Assembly (NCBI GenBank): GCA_041674405.1
Contig: JBAYVT010000002.1
Location: 60,001 to 92,000, forward strand
Direction of reading: 5' to 3'
DNA: 32,000 bases
DNA from: Patescibacteria group bacterium
Lineage (GTDB): Bacteria > Patescibacteriota > UBA1384 > XYA2-FULL-43-10
A program made the translations under genes and the position numbers. The notes beneath the pieces are model-generated. The model did not search any database. It had not been told where the DNA came from and was given only the letters and a program-made list of their open reading frames with translations. Positions 28,416 through 32,000 of this stretch are shown one piece after another (position 1 is the stretch's first letter; the number at the start of each line of letters is the position of its first letter).

Positions 28416-31124
28416 TCAACGCCCGCAACATTTTTTGTATTTCTTGCCGCTTCCGCACGGACACGGATCATTGCGCCCCACCTTTGAATTTGATTTTATC
28501 GTATGCTGTTTTCCTGCAGACGACATCATTCGATCGTGAACAGATGTCTCTTTCGGGCCACGGATGGTAGTCGTCACGCCGCCAGATGAAGATTGCTCGA
28601 TTCTTTTTTCGGTGCGTTTTGCTTCTTCCTCAAGCATCGGCTCGTCTTTTTCAATGTCACCTATCGTATCAGGATCTGGTGATTTGTATTCTAATGGCCT
28701 ACGCACGATTGGAGCAGTGGGCTGGACTTGAACTTCGACTTTATATATAACGCGGGCGACCGAGGATTCGATTGCCGCAATTAGACCCTCAAAAAGTCTG
28801 TAGGCTTCTGCTTTATATTCAACGAGCGGATCTCTCTGGCCATAACCTCGAAGGCCGATGCCTTCACGAAGTTCATCCATCGTTGTCAAATGTTCGACCC
28901 ACAAATTGTCAATTGTCCGAAGGTATATTGCGCGCTCGATTTGGCGCATAACTTCATGACCATATCTATTCTCTCTTTCGTCATATATAGATTTTGCAAA
29001 ATCCTTAAGATGTTCAGATGACAAATTTTCGATCTTGGCATTATTTCCAAAAATAACCTTAAGTTCAGAAATTGTTTTTTCCTTGTCATCAATATTGCGA
29101 TTGATAATTCCTTCAATTTGATTGTAAACTATACCGAGAATTTCGTCTTTAGGGCTGCCTTTTTCATTTTTTGCCAATTCGAGAATCCCACGCCTTTTTC
29201 GGTAAATTACTTCGCGGTGCTTATTCATCACATCGTCATAATCAACCAAATGTTTTCGAATGTCGAAGTTATATCCTTCCACTTTTCGCTGAGCGCTTTC
29301 AATCGATCGAGAAATCAGGCGATTTTCGATAGGCTGATCTTCTGGTAGTCCAAGCCGATCCATCATAAGTTTGATACGATCGCCGCCAAAAATTCTCATC
29401 AGGTCATCTTCTAAAGAAACGTAGAATTGCGAAGATCCGGGATCGCCTTGACGTCCAGATCGACCTCGAAGCTGATTATCGATCCGTCTTGCTTCATGGC
29501 GCTCCGTACCAATAACATGTAAGCCGCCAAGTTCGCGTACGCCTTCGCCGAGCTTAATATCCGTACCTCGTCCGGCCATATTGGTTGCAACCGTAATTGA
29601 GCCCTTTAATCCCGCCTTGGTGATAATTTTTGCTTCGCGTTCATGATTTTTCGCGTTTAATATTTCATGCTTAATACCGGCTTTTTTCAAAAGCTTTGAA
29701 ATGAGTTCGTTTTTTTCAACCGAAACCGTGCCGATAAGAACCGGTTGTCCTTTTTCTTTACATTCTTTTACATCCCGTACTACAGCATCGTATTTTCCAG
29801 CCTCGGTCTTATAAATTTTATCTTCATGATCTTTGCGTACAATGGGCTTGTTCGTTGGAATTTCGACAACATCAAGCGTATAAATCTTAAAAAATTCTTC
29901 CGCTTCTGTCGCTGCTGTACCAGTCATGCCCGAAAGTTTTTTGTACATTCGAAACAGGTTCTGGAAAGAAATTGTTGCCAGGGTTTGTGATTCGCGTTTC
30001 ACCTCGACACCTTCTTTTGCTTCGATTGCCTGGTGCAGGCCCTCGGAGTATCTGCGGCCGATCATAAGCCGTCCAGTAAACTCATCAACAATGATAATTT
30101 CACCTTCTCGAACCACGTAATCTCGATCACGCTTGAACAGGGCATGCGCCTTCAGTGCTTGCTCGAGATGATGGACCATGTTGCCACCGGAAACCTCATA
30201 TATATTCTCAACACCTAGCATCTTTTCCATTTTACGAATGCCTTCGTCGGTAAGATAAACTGATTTCTCCTTTTCTTGAACCGTATAATCCTCGCTTTCG
30301 GATAAACGCGGCACGAGTGATGCAAATTGGGCGTACATGCTGCCAGATTCTTCGGCCGCTGCCGAAATAATAAGCGGAGTACGCGCTTCATCAATCAAAA
30401 TCGAGTCCACCTCATCGACGATGGCAAAATAAAGTTCGCGTTGGACACAGGCTTCCACGCTCGGTGCCATGTTATCACGCAAATAATCAAAACCGAATTC
30501 ATTGTTCGTGCCATAGGTGACGTCGCAAGCATAGGCCTCCTTGCGGCTACAAGGAGTAAGGTTTGATCCATCACATTCGGAGTAGTGCTTGTAGGACTTA
30601 GTCTTTTCAAATCTGTAGGTCTCTTGATTACTTTGGATCACACCGACGGTCATCCCAAGAAAATTATAAACCTCTCCCATACCCTCACCGTTAAATTTTG
30701 AGAGATAATCGTTGACCGTAACCAAATGAACACCGCGCCCAGTGAGAGCATTTAGATAGAGAGGTAGGGTTGCAACAATAGTTTTTCCCTCTCCGGTTTT
30801 CATCTCTGCGATATTGCCTTCGTGAAGTACCAACCCACCGATAATTTGAACGTCAAATTGGCGCTCATTCCAGACGCGCTTGGTCGCTTCGCGGACAATA
30901 GCAAAAGCCTCGGGAGTGATTTCTTCGAGAATTTCCTTCTCTCTTTCTAAATCACCGCCTGCTTCCGCCAACCGTAATTTGAGTTCGGCAGTTTTGTCCC
31001 TCAGCTCCTTGTCAGTCAGTTTCTGAAACTCAGCTTCAAGATCGGAGATTCTATCAACCTTCGCTCGGAGCTTCCGGATAACCTTTTGATATGAATTCCC
31101 AACCAATTTATCTAAAAACGACAT
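28416..31124 (-). CDS. secA: Protein translocase subunit SecA
   Basis: [39 protein letters not shown]-like region, [17 protein letters not shown]-terminal [23 protein letters not shown]. Start at MSFLDKLVG preferred. Confidence 0.99.
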   Translation of the reverse strand: MSFLDKLVGNSYQKVIRKLRAKVDRISDLEAEFQKLTDKELRDKTAELKLRLAEAGGDLEREKEILEEITPEAFAIVREATKRVWNERQFDVQIIGGLVLHEGNIAEMKTGEGKTIVATLPLYLNALTGRGVHLVTVNDYLSKFNGEGMGEVYNFLGMTVGVIQSNQETYRFEKTKSYKHYSECDGSNLTPCSRKEAYACDVTYGTNNEFGFDYLRDNMAPSVEACVQRELYFAIVDEVDSILIDEARTPLIISAAAEESGSMYAQFASLVPRLSESEDYTVQEKEKSVYLTDEGIRKMEKMLGVENIYEVSGGNMVHHLEQALKAHALFKRDRDYVVREGEIIIVDEFTGRLMIGRRYSEGLHQAIEAKEGVEVKRESQTLATISFQNLFRMYKKLSGMTGTAATEAEEFFKIYTLDVVEIPTNKPIVRKDHEDKIYKTEAGKYDAVVRDVKECKEKGQPVLIGTVSVEKNELISKLLKKAGIKHEILNAKNHEREAKIITKAGLKGSITVATNMAGRGTDIKLGEGVRELGGLHVIGTERHEARRIDNQLRGRSGRQGDPGSSQFYVSLEDDLMRIFGGDRIKLMMDRLGLPEDQPIENRLISRSIESAQRKVEGYNFDIRKHLVDYDDVMNKHREVIYRKRRGILELAKNEKGSPKDEILGIVYNQIEGIINRNIDDKEKTISELKVIFGNNAKIENLSSEHLKDFAKSIYDERENRYGHEVMRQIERAIYLRTIDNLWVEHLTTMDELREGIGLRGYGQRDPLVEYKAEAYRLFEGLIAAIESSVARVIYKVEVQVQPTAPIVRRPLEYKSPDPDTIGDIEKDEPMLEEEAKRTEKRIEQSSSGGVTTTIRGPKETSVHDRMMSSAGKQHTIKSNSKVGRNDPCPCGSGKKYKKCCGR

Positions 31125-31211
31125 AACTCTCCATCTTTTTATGTCTGGCTTTAACTCAAAGAATACCACGATTCGAGCGTAAAAACAATCAATAGCACGA
31201 TTAAATTTAAG

Positions 31212-31607
31212 CTACTTCTTCCTTCTTCTTGGGACCAATCTGCCTACAGAGCCGACGGCGTTGATAATGCCTTTGATTCTGTTTCCTTCTCGATCTTCTT
31301 TTTCCCTGCGGATTCGGCCATATCGGCGAAGACGGCGCTCAAACGATTTAAAGGCAAACCCGAATGCGCGCATCAAGCGGTCGTCGATTTCTTTGATAAA
31401 AATTTCTTCTTTTGGGAGTGCTGCTTTGATAGATACAGATTGGTCAATCCCGCCTTTCTCCGGACCAGATTCGTCCGTAAGTGTCACGATCACATCTACC
31501 GGGCTGAATGCTTTGACATACTTTTTCAGCTGCAACACTTTTTTCTCAATGAGCGCTTTCTGCTTAGACGTTACAATCACCCCTTTGGTATGTACCGTTA
31601 CGTTCAT
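31212..31607 (-). CDS. raiA: Ribosome hibernation promoting factor / RaiA family
   Basis: MNVTVHTKGVIVTSKQKALIEKKVLQLKKYVKAFSPVDVIVTLTDE...VSIKAALPKEEIFIKEIDDRLMRAF. Confidence 0.88.
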   Translation of the reverse strand: MNVTVHTKGVIVTSKQKALIEKKVLQLKKYVKAFSPVDVIVTLTDESGPEKGGIDQSVSIKAALPKEEIFIKEIDDRLMRAFGFAFKSFERRLRRYGRIRREKEDREGNRIKGIINAVGSVGRLVPRRRKK

Positions 31608-31705
31608 GGATTCTCCCAAAAATTAGTTTTTAATTTTTAACTAATTCTATTATCTTATAGTAAACTTAATTAATACTGAATTAACAATAGAGTAATCGCC
31701 GAAAT

Positions 31706-32000
<295 letters not shown>

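Noticed and set aside
31621-31646. AT-rich inverted repeat AATTAGTT...AACTAATT upstream of raiA/hpf
   Set aside because: Short 8 bp AT-only stem in an AT-rich spacer; chance occurrence likely and no terminator-like GC stem.

Overview
This 32 kb window is mostly ordinary, AT-rich bacterial chromosome. Gene content and style (short operons, DUF4870/LemA/HtpX cluster, compact MscS, FtsEX with a CHAP protein) suggest a Patescibacteria/CPR-like organism; that assignment is inference. Housekeeping content: tsf (partial), rpsB, tRNA-Ile(GAT), rpmE, prfA, prmC, an HtrA-like protease, mscS-like, gatB, two small hypotheticals, a cyclophilin-type PPIase, a MazG-like protein, gatA, gatC, purF, ligA, an MBL-fold hydrolase, htpX, two DUF4870-like proteins, lemA, a large secreted protein with a pseudopilin-like C-terminus, rplI, a ctpA-like S41 protease, a CHAP/coiled-coil protein, ftsX, ftsE, gpmI, a 2H phosphoesterase, secA, raiA/hpf and serS (partial). 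I found no CRISPR array, transposase, integrase or recognisable defence system. Best leads: (1) a compact, highly structured, promoter-driven RNA candidate at ~1070-1250, upstream of tRNA-Ile, with a possible pseudoknot and GNRA-capped hairpins, which I cannot assign to a known family; (2) a GC-rich two-gene island at ~12.6-13.86 kb, the only plus-strand coding between ~3.8 and 32 kb, encoding two proteins I cannot identify; (3) a structured 5' leader of rpsB. Smaller leads concern domain architectures and motifs. All structures and compositions were read by eye.
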